Source: an uncultured virus (IMG/VR IMGVR_UViG_3300044506_000040) (Duplodnaviria; Heunggongvirae; Uroviricota; Caudoviricetes). Taken from it: 57,570 bases of DNA. The notes under the pieces are model-generated. The model was not told where the DNA came from and did no database searches. It saw only the letters and a list, made by a program, of their open reading frames with translations. A program made the translations under genes and the position numbers. The stretch lies in IMG/VR virus record IMGVR_UViG_3300044506_000040. The stretch is one strand, 5' to 3'. Shown here one piece after another: positions 35,535 to 44,252 of this stretch (its first letter is position 1; every line of letters begins with the position of its first letter).

Positions 35535-37778
35535 ATGTCTCTGATTTTCGGGCGTCAGGGTTTTCGGACTCTGGCGCAACTTGCGGACGCCGTGATCCAA
35601 CAGATCACACTGAACCAGACGGACTACAACACGCTGCATGCTCTGGTTCAGCAGGCGACCACAATCGCGCAGGCGAAGTATCCGAATGCGACACTGTTCT
35701 TTGTGACGTTCTCGGATGACCCCAACAATGATGAAAGTGGTTGGGTGCGACAAATCTGCGTGTGCTACAACACGGCGGCGGTGACGACGCATTGGGTGAC
35801 GGCCGTTGAGTTCCCGATGCGTGCGACCAATGGTGGCTACTACGCGGACCTGAGTACCGCGACGGTGATCACCAACGTCACGGGCTCCTCGATTGGCGAC
35901 ATCATTCCGACGGGCTCAGACGGCACGAGTGGCGATGGCACAGGTTCGAGTGATGGTGGCTCGTCCGATGGCGTCACGCCGCCTACGCCGGTGCTGGGCG
36001 TGCGACCTGCCTGGTTCCAAGGCTGGGGCTCGCCCAGTCAGTATGGTGAAGTCACCAAGATCGGCTCCACGATGTATTTCAACGTGGATGGCACAGCGCC
36101 TTGGGCGAATGCGGCCACCAATCCGATTCAGTATGCGGAGAATGGCTCGGGTGAGGCGGATCTGGAAATCGCCGTCATCAACTCCAGCACCCTGCAACTG
36201 GAAACGGAACAGCCGACCTCGTGGGCGATCACGGCGGTCAGCAGCAACATCACGATGGGCAACTCGTCTGTCTCAGCACCTGGTGGCAATGGCACGTCGG
36301 TCTATTCGGATCCCGAATGGTATCTGTCGTATCTGCCGCAAGATGGCGATAACCTCGTGATGGATGAAGTCACGACGCTGACGCTCACCGGCACGTATGG
36401 TGACAACTCGACGATTGTGGGCACGGTGACGCTGACGAAGGTTTCGGCCTTCAGCTATCCGACGACCAGCAATCCGGGTGTCGTAGGTGTGCGCCCCAGC
36501 TGGCAACAGAACTGGGCTGAAGGTGGTCCCGAGATGCTGCCGCTGCAACTCAACGGCACGATGTACGACACCGTCGACGGTACAGCCGGCTGGCAGCCCG
36601 CGAACAACGCCAAGGTGGCCTTCACAGGCGGCACCGCAGATTGCTATCTGGACTTGACGCTCATCAATCCGGCGAACAATCAACCGGAGAGCATCCAGCC
36701 AGTCCAGTGGAATGTGATGTCGGCCACCGTGGTGGATCCGAGTGGATCGAGCTTCACGAGCCCGAACAACCTGAGCGGGCAATCGGTGTATGCAGCCGCT
36801 GCTTGGCAGCTGCACGTCGATGGCGGCAATGTCTCTGATACGGTCTTCACGTTGACGGTGCAGGGTGTGTTTGCAGACAACACGCAGATCACCGCGTCGA
36901 TCAATCTGTACTACGTGCCGTACGCGCCGACCTACACGTATCAGTTCGCGCATGCGGGTCAAGCGTTGGAGATGGAAGTTCAGCCGCTGATCTACAACTT
37001 CAACGAGGCGACGGAGTTTGGCTGGTTGGGGGTGAACTTCATCCTCGAACAACCGAACTACACGAGCTCGACGAGCATCAATGGCGTCACGAACTACAGC
37101 GACGCGACGGGCTTCATGTCGATTGCTAACCAGGAAATGCCTGCGGGCACGACCCCGGGTGGTAATGAGAATGCACCAGGTTACAACTACCCGGGTGGTG
37201 TGGGTTCCAGTTCGCTCTCACCGGCTCTGGACTTCCTGCCGGCATTCAAGGCCTCGCTGCCGACGGCGGTGCCGATCAACACGGATAGCGACATCGACTC
37301 GCTGTGGACAAACGCCTTTGGTGCCAATGGTCCTGTGGCCGTGGGCACACAACTGGTGAACTACAGCGGCACCGAGACAACGGGCTTCAGCATCGGCAAC
37401 ACGGTGACAGCCCATGCGGCTGTTGATGGGGTCTTTGCTAGTGTGACGGACTTCATCAATACGGTCTCTGGCGCCTTTGCAAATGAAGACGCTATGTGGG
37501 GCAACTGCACGAGCGCCGCGAGCGCCTGTGGGGTCTATAGCGGCCCCAATCAGGTGATTCCGATGCCGCTGTGGGCAACGCAAACGTATTCTGGCTCTGG
37601 CTGGACAAGCGTGGCCAGTTATGGCAACGATACGGTTGCAGGTGTTGCTGGCTGGCAGCCGACTGAAGGTGGTCTGGCAGGTAACCCGGCTGGTTTTGTT
37701 GGTGCAATCATGACACCGATTACAGTTCTGATCGAGCGCGTTGCAGGTCCCGCACCGACACCGCAGTACCCTTCCTAA
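35535..37778 (+). CDS. putative virion surface/fibre protein with tandem beta-rich repeats
   Basis: S/T/G/N rich, very Lys-poor; GVRP(A/S)W...TMY..VDGTA.W repeat twice. Confidence 0.65.
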   Translation: MSLIFGRQGFRTLAQLADAVIQQITLNQTDYNTLHALVQQATTIAQAKYPNATLFFVTFSDDPNNDESGWVRQICVCYNTAAVTTHWVTAVEFPMRATNGGYYADLSTATVITNVTGSSIGDIIPTGSDGTSGDGTGSSDGGSSDGVTPPTPVLGVRPAWFQGWGSPSQYGEVTKIGSTMYFNVDGTAPWANAATNPIQYAENGSGEADLEIAVINSSTLQLETEQPTSWAITAVSSNITMGNSSVSAPGGNGTSVYSDPEWYLSYLPQDGDNLVMDEVTTLTLTGTYGDNSTIVGTVTLTKVSAFSYPTTSNPGVVGVRPSWQQNWAEGGPEMLPLQLNGTMYDTVDGTAGWQPANNAKVAFTGGTADCYLDLTLINPANNQPESIQPVQWNVMSATVVDPSGSSFTSPNNLSGQSVYAAAAWQLHVDGGNVSDTVFTLTVQGVFADNTQITASINLYYVPYAPTYTYQFAHAGQALEMEVQPLIYNFNEATEFGWLGVNFILEQPNYTSSTSINGVTNYSDATGFMSIANQEMPAGTTPGGNENAPGYNYPGGVGSSSLSPALDFLPAFKASLPTAVPINTDSDIDSLWTNAFGANGPVAVGTQLVNYSGTETTGFSIGNTVTAHAAVDGVFASVTDFINTVSGAFANEDAMWGNCTSAASACGVYSGPNQVIPMPLWATQTYSGSGWTSVASYGNDTVAGVAGWQPTEGGLAGNPAGFVGAIMTPITVLIERVAGPAPTPQYPS

Positions 37779-37868
37779 TAACTAGATAGCAGTACCCTTT
37801 GGACCCGGGGAGCAGTCAGCCCTGGGTCTTATGCCGTACCCCACCCATCCACTGTATAGTGAGGAAGT

Positions 37869-39362
37869 ATGTTCACCCTTAACGATTTCTTTAACAGCAA
37901 ACCCCTGAGTCCGGAAGGCGAGTCTCCCCAGCAGCCTGAACCGATTCAACGTGTCACCGGTTGGAAACCCAAGCACGATCCGAGCTACTACGACAACAAG
38001 ATTCCTGAGAAGGAAGTCGAGCAGCCGGCGTTGCTTCTGGAAGATCTCGTCCCCGAGGGCTCACTCGCTGAGCGCCCACCTGTCAACCTCTTTCTTCCGA
38101 AGTCTCTCATCCGTCCCGAGCATGCTGAAGCAGCCCGTGAAGCGAAGCGTCAACGCCGCGAGCAAAAGGAGCAGAAGAAGCTCCAGCGCAAGCAGGCGGC
38201 AGCACTCAAGGAGCAGGAACGCTTGGGTCGCATTCCGCCCCTGAACCCGACACTCACGGGCACCGAAGCGGCACTCGATACGTTCTTGCGGCGTCACAAG
38301 CGCTGTATTGAACTCACGCGTAACAAGACGATCCTCGTGGAGATTCTGGAGGAGATCCACAGCCGTCAAGAGTTCTATCTGGATAAGCTGGAGCTCTATG
38401 TCAAGCGCCTCTTTGACCTCACCAAGACTGCCAAGGAATGGGATGTCATTGTGCCGGGTATCGGGCAGACGTTGGTGGCAAACCTGATCGGCTACTGGAG
38501 CTTTGCCGACATGAAGGCAGCGTCTCTGGTGAACCGCAACAAGGTGAAGAACCTGCGTTTCGGGATGGAGCTTGGGTTCATGGAGGAGAAGGAACTCTTG
38601 CAGGTGAAGGATGCGGCTGAAGTGCTGCGCAAGAAGAACGCGGGCATTGCCACGAAGGGACGCTTGCGTCGGGACCAGACGGAAGTCTACAACGGCACGC
38701 AGCTGGCGGGGAAGTTCAACTCGGGTCAGATCAACGAACTCCTGAACGACTACGTGGCCATGTATCGCACGCCGCGCCTCGTGGGGGATAAGGACGAGTT
38801 GAAGGCAATTGCCGTGAAGCGTTTCTTCGAGATGGACAGCGTGGATGATCTCACGCCGTACCTCATCGCGAAGGTCTTCCCGCCGAGCTTTAAGCCGCGC
38901 AATGTCGAGCAGAAAGAAACGCGCCTGTTCTTCCACATCCGATCGGCCATGCTCAAGGATGAGAAGTTCAACGCCATGACGGCGTATCTGAAGCTCAAGC
39001 CCTGGTGTGCGACGCCTGAGATTGATCAGGAGTTGGAGCGCGTCATTGGCGAGATGGCAGGTGGTAAGCCGCAGCGCTGGGCGCAGTTCATCCGTCGTAA
39101 GTATGGCGTCGTGCTGCTGGTGCTCGATCACCGGGCAGGCATTGGTCTCATTACCGAGAACGAGAAGATCGTCCGCATCGTCAAGCTCAAACTCAAGGAA
39201 GCGCGAGACGAGCAAGACAATGAGGATTCGATCGACACGATTCCGGAAGACGAACGCCAGCCGGACTTTGCAGATCCCGACGAGCGGCCCCGCATCACCC
39301 TCACGAGTCACGATCCCGCGTTTGCGAACGCATTCAAAGAACTTCATAACCGCAACAAATAA
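37869..39362 (+). CDS. hypothetical protein
   Basis: 497-aa ORF, GAGGA RBS. Confidence 0.8.
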   Translation: MFTLNDFFNSKPLSPEGESPQQPEPIQRVTGWKPKHDPSYYDNKIPEKEVEQPALLLEDLVPEGSLAERPPVNLFLPKSLIRPEHAEAAREAKRQRREQKEQKKLQRKQAAALKEQERLGRIPPLNPTLTGTEAALDTFLRRHKRCIELTRNKTILVEILEEIHSRQEFYLDKLELYVKRLFDLTKTAKEWDVIVPGIGQTLVANLIGYWSFADMKAASLVNRNKVKNLRFGMELGFMEEKELLQVKDAAEVLRKKNAGIATKGRLRRDQTEVYNGTQLAGKFNSGQINELLNDYVAMYRTPRLVGDKDELKAIAVKRFFEMDSVDDLTPYLIAKVFPPSFKPRNVEQKETRLFFHIRSAMLKDEKFNAMTAYLKLKPWCATPEIDQELERVIGEMAGGKPQRWAQFIRRKYGVVLLVLDHRAGIGLITENEKIVRIVKLKLKEARDEQDNEDSIDTIPEDERQPDFADPDERPRITLTSHDPAFANAFKELHNRNK

Positions 39363-39373
39363 GGAACAGAAAC

Positions 39374-39775
39374 ATGTCTGAACTGATTACCAGCATCGGC
39401 GGCATGCCGCACGGCAAACTCGACGCGAATGGCGTGGAAGATGTCCTCGTCTACATCGGCACGAACGGCGGCTCCGATGAAGTGAAGATTGAGCTGGGTA
39501 AGTGGATGAAGACCAAGGTCAACGGCGACCCGAAGTACACCGGTGTCAGCGCGATCATCTACGACAACCCGGTGCCGGATTTGATCACCCAGCTTACGGG
39601 CGGCCAGATCAAGGCCTCGAAGGTGTTGACGGTGGTGTTGCGCGTGGAAGGTGTGGACATCGCGAGCATCCCGGAAGAAGAGCGTCGCAACTACTTCATC
39701 CAGTACGACTGCATTCTCGGCATGGATGAAGGCAAGATCGTCAACCTGTTTGACATGGCTGACGCACTCGAGTAA
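39374..39775 (+). CDS. hypothetical protein
   Basis: TAAGGA RBS. Confidence 0.75.
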   Translation: MSELITSIGGMPHGKLDANGVEDVLVYIGTNGGSDEVKIELGKWMKTKVNGDPKYTGVSAIIYDNPVPDLITQLTGGQIKASKVLTVVLRVEGVDIASIPEEERRNYFIQYDCILGMDEGKIVNLFDMADALE

Positions 39776-39814
39776 TCCCCAACTCGTAACAACATCAAAC
39801 CAAGGAAACAAGTC

Positions 39815-40186
39815 ATGAAAGAGTCTTTGCAAAAGGCGCTGGATACGGGCGACGTGGGTAAGGTCCCGAGCTTCTTTCTCGGGCGCCTCTTCCGCAAGCT
39901 GCTGATCGAGATGCACGTGGGGCCGACCCGCTGGGCTGAACTCGCGGGCGTCTATCGCGAGCCGGGCTTCACGGGCACGCGCAAGCAGGAGAACGACACC
40001 AAGCGTCGCCTCATGGCGAATCTGGCCAAGCCCAACATCTCGGTGCGCAACTTCCTGCCGGCCATGCGCTTTCTGCGTGTGAAGTCGTTCAAGCTCACAC
40101 TCGAAGTCGAGTTCCACAACGCACCTAGTGTGTCGGTGTCGGACACTGTCAACGTGGGCTACGGCGAACACCACACCACCCACTAA
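39815..40186 (+). CDS. conserved jumbo-phage protein (paralog of 41079-41498)
   Basis: LGRLFRKLL...ISVRNF..AMRFL.V..F.LTL pattern. Confidence 0.65.
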   Translation: MKESLQKALDTGDVGKVPSFFLGRLFRKLLIEMHVGPTRWAELAGVYREPGFTGTRKQENDTKRRLMANLAKPNISVRNFLPAMRFLRVKSFKLTLEVEFHNAPSVSVSDTVNVGYGEHHTTH

Positions 40187-40252
40187 GCACGACCCTGGGC
40201 GTTACCCAAGCGCCCAGTCTACAACCAACATAGAACCAAGGAAGAACGAATC

Positions 40253-40798
40253 ATGGCAAAGTACCAAGACATGGCCAAGCTGGCCGCAGCCCACTTCGCT
40301 GGCGGCACCCCGGTCGCGTTCGCACGTCAGTACCTGATGCAGGGCGTCCTTGCCCACTCGATGGTGTATGACAAGATGCGCAAGGACGCGCCCAAGAAGC
40401 GTGGTCTCTCGCGCTACATCGCGGACTCCAATGCCGTGGAGTTCTCGTTCCGCACGAGCATCGACGGACTGATCATCTCGAAGGGCTCGGAATACATGGC
40501 CAACCTCACCGGCACGGAAAGCTACAAGCAGCGCCGCGAGGTGCTCTTCACGCCGCAGCTAGCCGGCATGGGCTTCACCTACTGCTTCTTCGAAGAACTC
40601 ATCAGCATGACCGGGCAGGAGATCAGCCGGATGGTGAGCGCCAAGGAAGTCACGAGCCTCACCCCGACACCGAAGAACACGACGCGCATCAACGTCGAGT
40701 TGCTCGATCAAGTCATCGTTGACATCGTGCAGTTCCTCTACACCGAGAAGCCGACCGATAAGACGCTCGCGAGCGTGCGCATGCAACAGGCGGCCTAA
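40253..40798 (+). CDS. hypothetical protein
   Basis: AACCAAGGA RBS. Confidence 0.75.
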   Translation: MAKYQDMAKLAAAHFAGGTPVAFARQYLMQGVLAHSMVYDKMRKDAPKKRGLSRYIADSNAVEFSFRTSIDGLIISKGSEYMANLTGTESYKQRREVLFTPQLAGMGFTYCFFEELISMTGQEISRMVSAKEVTSLTPTPKNTTRINVELLDQVIVDIVQFLYTEKPTDKTLASVRMQQAA

Positions 40799-40812
40799 CC
40801 AAGGAGAACGCT

Positions 40813-41079
40813 GTGAAGAACACGATACGTATCCTGGAAGCCTTCGCCACGATCAAGACACTGATCGCGGACGTCGAGGCACGCTCGAAAGAGCAGGGCA
40901 ACAAGAAGCTCACGGCCGACGAGATGAAGATCGTCGCGGACGCCACGCGTCTCATGGTCGATCTGCGCAACGAGTACATCCGCGTGAGCGGCCTGCCCGT
41001 GACGGCGATCTGCCAGATCTTCGAACTCTCCAACCAACGCGTGTATCAGATTCGCGGCAAGCAAAAGAAGGCGGCGTAA
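40813..41079 (+). CDS. small protein with C-terminal HTH
   Basis: PVTAICQIFELSNQRVYQI. Confidence 0.65.
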   Translation: MKNTIRILEAFATIKTLIADVEARSKEQGNKKLTADEMKIVADATRLMVDLRNEYIRVSGLPVTAICQIFELSNQRVYQIRGKQKKAA

Positions 41080-41498
41080 TGAACGAACCCCTGTTTGAAC
41101 GCCACGCCTATGGTCGCCCGCCCGAGCGCACCAAGCCGAACGTCGACCACCTCTTGGGCGAGCAAACCCTGATCGACGCCTCGTCCTTCCTGGGCTGCCG
41201 CATGCGTGAACTGATTCAGGCACGCGTCGGTGGTTACGGTGGTCTGCTGGAGAAGACGAAGGCGTTCCTCGAAGCGCGCGTTCCGCTGTATGATCCGGAG
41301 ATGCTCGAAAAGCATGCGATCCGGCTCGCCGGTGAGCTCTTCGTGATGGGGACGGTCGACATGGACATGAAGACGTTTGCGCTGGGTCTTCAGATCCTGG
41401 GCTTCGAGAGCATGCATGTCGAACTCACGCTCAGCGAACAGGGCGGCGGTATTCCCATGTCCAGTACGGGCAAGGTGGGTCTCGGAGGTCCGGTATGA
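41079..41498 (+). CDS. conserved jumbo-phage protein
   Basis: TAATG coupling; MDMKTFALGLQILGFESMHVELTL. Confidence 0.65.
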   Translation: MNEPLFERHAYGRPPERTKPNVDHLLGEQTLIDASSFLGCRMRELIQARVGGYGGLLEKTKAFLEARVPLYDPEMLEKHAIRLAGELFVMGTVDMDMKTFALGLQILGFESMHVELTLSEQGGGIPMSSTGKVGLGGPV

Positions 41499-41746
41499 CC
41501 TACACCTCGCGTCACGAAGCAGAACTGCGCTTGTGGGCTTCTGAGCAGCCGGAGAAGCCTTTCTTCATCGATGTGTGCGACACCTTCGACTACGAGAACT
41601 ATCCGGTGCACTGCACGCAGGAAGAACTCGCGGAAGAAGTGAAGAAGCACGACAACGTGAACATGCAGCGTGTGGAAGGTGTCTACAAGAAGGACGAGAA
41701 GGAAGGCTTCATCTACGTCCATCGCGACGGCACTCCGGTGCATTAA
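41495..41746 (+). CDS. hypothetical protein
   Basis: ATGA overlap. Confidence 0.65.
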   Translation: MTYTSRHEAELRLWASEQPEKPFFIDVCDTFDYENYPVHCTQEELAEEVKKHDNVNMQRVEGVYKKDEKEGFIYVHRDGTPVH

Positions 41747-41750
41747 ACCT

Positions 41751-41795
41751 GACGGCATAAGCCCCCTCCCAACCGGGAGGGGGTCTATGTCGCTT
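41751..41795. terminator. bidirectional hairpin between convergent blocks, flanked by TTATGCCGTC (- strand) and CTATGTCG (+ strand)
   Basis: GACGGCATAA-GCCCCCTCCC-AACC-GGGAGGGGGT-CTATGTCG. Confidence 0.7.
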
Positions 41796-41814
41796 ACTTC
41801 TTTTTTTGGCTGTT

Positions 41815-44187
41815 TTAAGCAGCCAAGCGATCAAACGAACGCGATGCATCACGCATGTGCGCAAGCGCACTGCGAACGCGATCTTCCTGGAACTCGTGCT
41901 CACCACTCATCTGCTTGAGTGCCGTGTCCACGACCTTGATCACAAACTTCTGATAACGCGAGACCGCGCGATGCGCGTCCGTGTAGTAGTTGGTGAAGAC
42001 CGCCATGCCTTGCGTGATGGTGCGTACACGCATGGAGACGAACCGCACTTCACTGTTGAGTGCATGTGCCACGTAGTCAGTGGCCGATGCGCTGCTACCT
42101 GCCGAAATCGCAACGATCTTGCTGCTCAACCCTTCGAGCGCCGTCTCCAGCGTCTTGAGTTCCGTAGCTGCCGACTGCACTTCTGCGATCACCGCACGCA
42201 CCGTACGGAAGGTCGTGTCCGTGATGGCTGCCACGTGCATGAGACGATCACCCGTGGCCGGCGTGTCGATCTCGAAGTCACCGGTACCATGGCTCTCCCG
42301 GGCTGCCTGGAAGCGCTTGATATCGTTGGCCAGTTGATCGGCGTCGTCCGTCTTGCCACCTTCCCGGTCCAGGGCACTCTCGAGAGTCTTCTCGACGCGG
42401 TGCTGGAAGTCTGCAACGCGTTGCTGACGCTCCGACGCGTCCTTGATGGTGTCAATCTGAGCGGCTTCTGCGATGAACTTGGGCAACAGTTCATTGAGCT
42501 GCTCGTAGCGCCGCGCAAGCGCCTCGATCGGCTTCAGGTGAGAGAACTCACGCGCGAGCTGTTCCAGGTTGCTGCCGTAGCTTTGCGAGAAGAGAATCAA
42601 TGCCTCGGGGCGCGGCAGACCCGAAAGGAACTGACTCTTCATGCTTTCAGCCGTGGCGTTCAGTGCATCGACAGGCTTCAGATGACCGATGCCCGCGTCT
42701 TCCGTGGCAATGCTTTCCGTTGCCGGCTTGCCGAGCTTCGCACGCAGACCGTCGATCTTGGCCTGCGACTTCTTGACGAAGTCTTCGTCGCTGCCGATCC
42801 AGTGATCGTGGTCGATGCCGCCACCATACATCGAGTGCATCGGCTGACCGTTCTGCTTGCGACGGCGCGTATCCGACAGACGTTCGTTGGCGGCATCGAG
42901 GAGACCTTGCTCGTCGTCGATCTGCGACTGAATCTGCTGGGCATGGGCCGAAGATTCTGCCTTATGCTTTTCCGGATCCAGTTTGGCACTGGTCTGACCG
43001 ATCTTGGGCTTGCGGGCATTCAGTGCATCCGTAACCGGACCACCTTGACCACGCACCGTTCCAGCGTCCAGATCGAACGTCTTGCTGGGATGACCATCCA
43101 GCATTTCGTTCACTTTGTCATTCTGCTCGCGAACACGGCCGGCCGTTTCATTGACCTGATTGACATGGAACTGGGTCTTCGGATCGGTGGCACCTTCCCG
43201 GCGCGTAACCTTAATGCTGGAGGGATCGAGTGGCTTGATGGACTCGTGAGGCTGCTTGAGCTTGTCCGTCAAATTCTGCGTGTGCTCTGCGTCCTTCGCG
43301 GCTTCACCCACGTGATCCTTCAGTTCATTCACGAGCTTGTCATCGCCGCTCTTGGCAGTAACGTCGCCGCCCAGGTTCTGGACTTCCTTCTTGTAATGCG
43401 CGACGTCCGATTCGAGTTCATCGATCCGAGACTGACGTGCCCCCTTCTCCTTCGCTTCAGCCAGCTCACGCTCGACATTGCGCAGAATCTGTTCGGTCTG
43501 CTGACGCTTGGAATCGCTACCCTTTGCGCCACTACCGTGCTTCTCCTGCATCATCTGCGCGGCCTTCTCGGGACCATGCTCCTTCACCAGCTTGACCGCT
43601 TCGTCACCGCGGCGCTGAATCTCCGGAATCTGACTGCGCAGTCGATCGGCTTCCGCATGCGAAGCTTCCGCTTGCTTGTTCAGGCGCTCGACTTCCGGAT
43701 CCGTTGCACCCCCATCCTTCTTGTTGGTGAAGGTAGTCGTCTTGCCGTCCTTGGTGAACTGCAAGTCGACCTCAACGTGGGGCAGCTGCTCCAGCCAGTC
43801 GCGGAATGCTTTCTCGAAGCCGCTGGCCGCCTGTTCAGCCGCTTCCGCTTTCTCCGGCGTGACGGTGTTGCTCTTGCCCGTGATCCACAACCAGAACTTC
43901 TTGACGTACTCGATGATCTTGCGGACCACGAGCTTGATCGTTTCCCAGACCGTATTGATCACGCCTTCGAGTGCGACTTGGTAGTCTTTGCTCGTGGCGC
44001 TACGATCATAGGCCAGTGCCAACAGGGAACCTTGACCCCGGTTGGCGTGCATGAGGGCATCGCATTCGAGTGCGAGACCCTGGGTGATGCTGCGCGTTTC
44101 GAGTTGTGCGCGTACTGCATCCAGCGAGGCAAGGTGCCCCTCCAGTGCAATCAGGTCGACCTCGGCGCGTCGTACCGTGTAATCCAT
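41815..44187 (-). CDS. virion internal head protein with long charged insertion
   Basis: Repeated ALE sites, VALE-GVINTVWETIK..IIEYVKKFW helix typical of phiKZ-like head proteins. Confidence 0.75.
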   Translation of the reverse strand: MDYTVRRAEVDLIALEGHLASLDAVRAQLETRSITQGLALECDALMHANRGQGSLLALAYDRSATSKDYQVALEGVINTVWETIKLVVRKIIEYVKKFWLWITGKSNTVTPEKAEAAEQAASGFEKAFRDWLEQLPHVEVDLQFTKDGKTTTFTNKKDGGATDPEVERLNKQAEASHAEADRLRSQIPEIQRRGDEAVKLVKEHGPEKAAQMMQEKHGSGAKGSDSKRQQTEQILRNVERELAEAKEKGARQSRIDELESDVAHYKKEVQNLGGDVTAKSGDDKLVNELKDHVGEAAKDAEHTQNLTDKLKQPHESIKPLDPSSIKVTRREGATDPKTQFHVNQVNETAGRVREQNDKVNEMLDGHPSKTFDLDAGTVRGQGGPVTDALNARKPKIGQTSAKLDPEKHKAESSAHAQQIQSQIDDEQGLLDAANERLSDTRRRKQNGQPMHSMYGGGIDHDHWIGSDEDFVKKSQAKIDGLRAKLGKPATESIATEDAGIGHLKPVDALNATAESMKSQFLSGLPRPEALILFSQSYGSNLEQLAREFSHLKPIEALARRYEQLNELLPKFIAEAAQIDTIKDASERQQRVADFQHRVEKTLESALDREGGKTDDADQLANDIKRFQAARESHGTGDFEIDTPATGDRLMHVAAITDTTFRTVRAVIAEVQSAATELKTLETALEGLSSKIVAISAGSSASATDYVAHALNSEVRFVSMRVRTITQGMAVFTNYYTDAHRAVSRYQKFVIKVVDTALKQMSGEHEFQEDRVRSALAHMRDASRSFDRLAA

Positions 44188-44252
44188 TTCCTTGTCACCT
44201 AGCAAAATAAAGGAGGGGCCGAAGCCCCTCCGGTCAACTAGAAACTTCTAGC

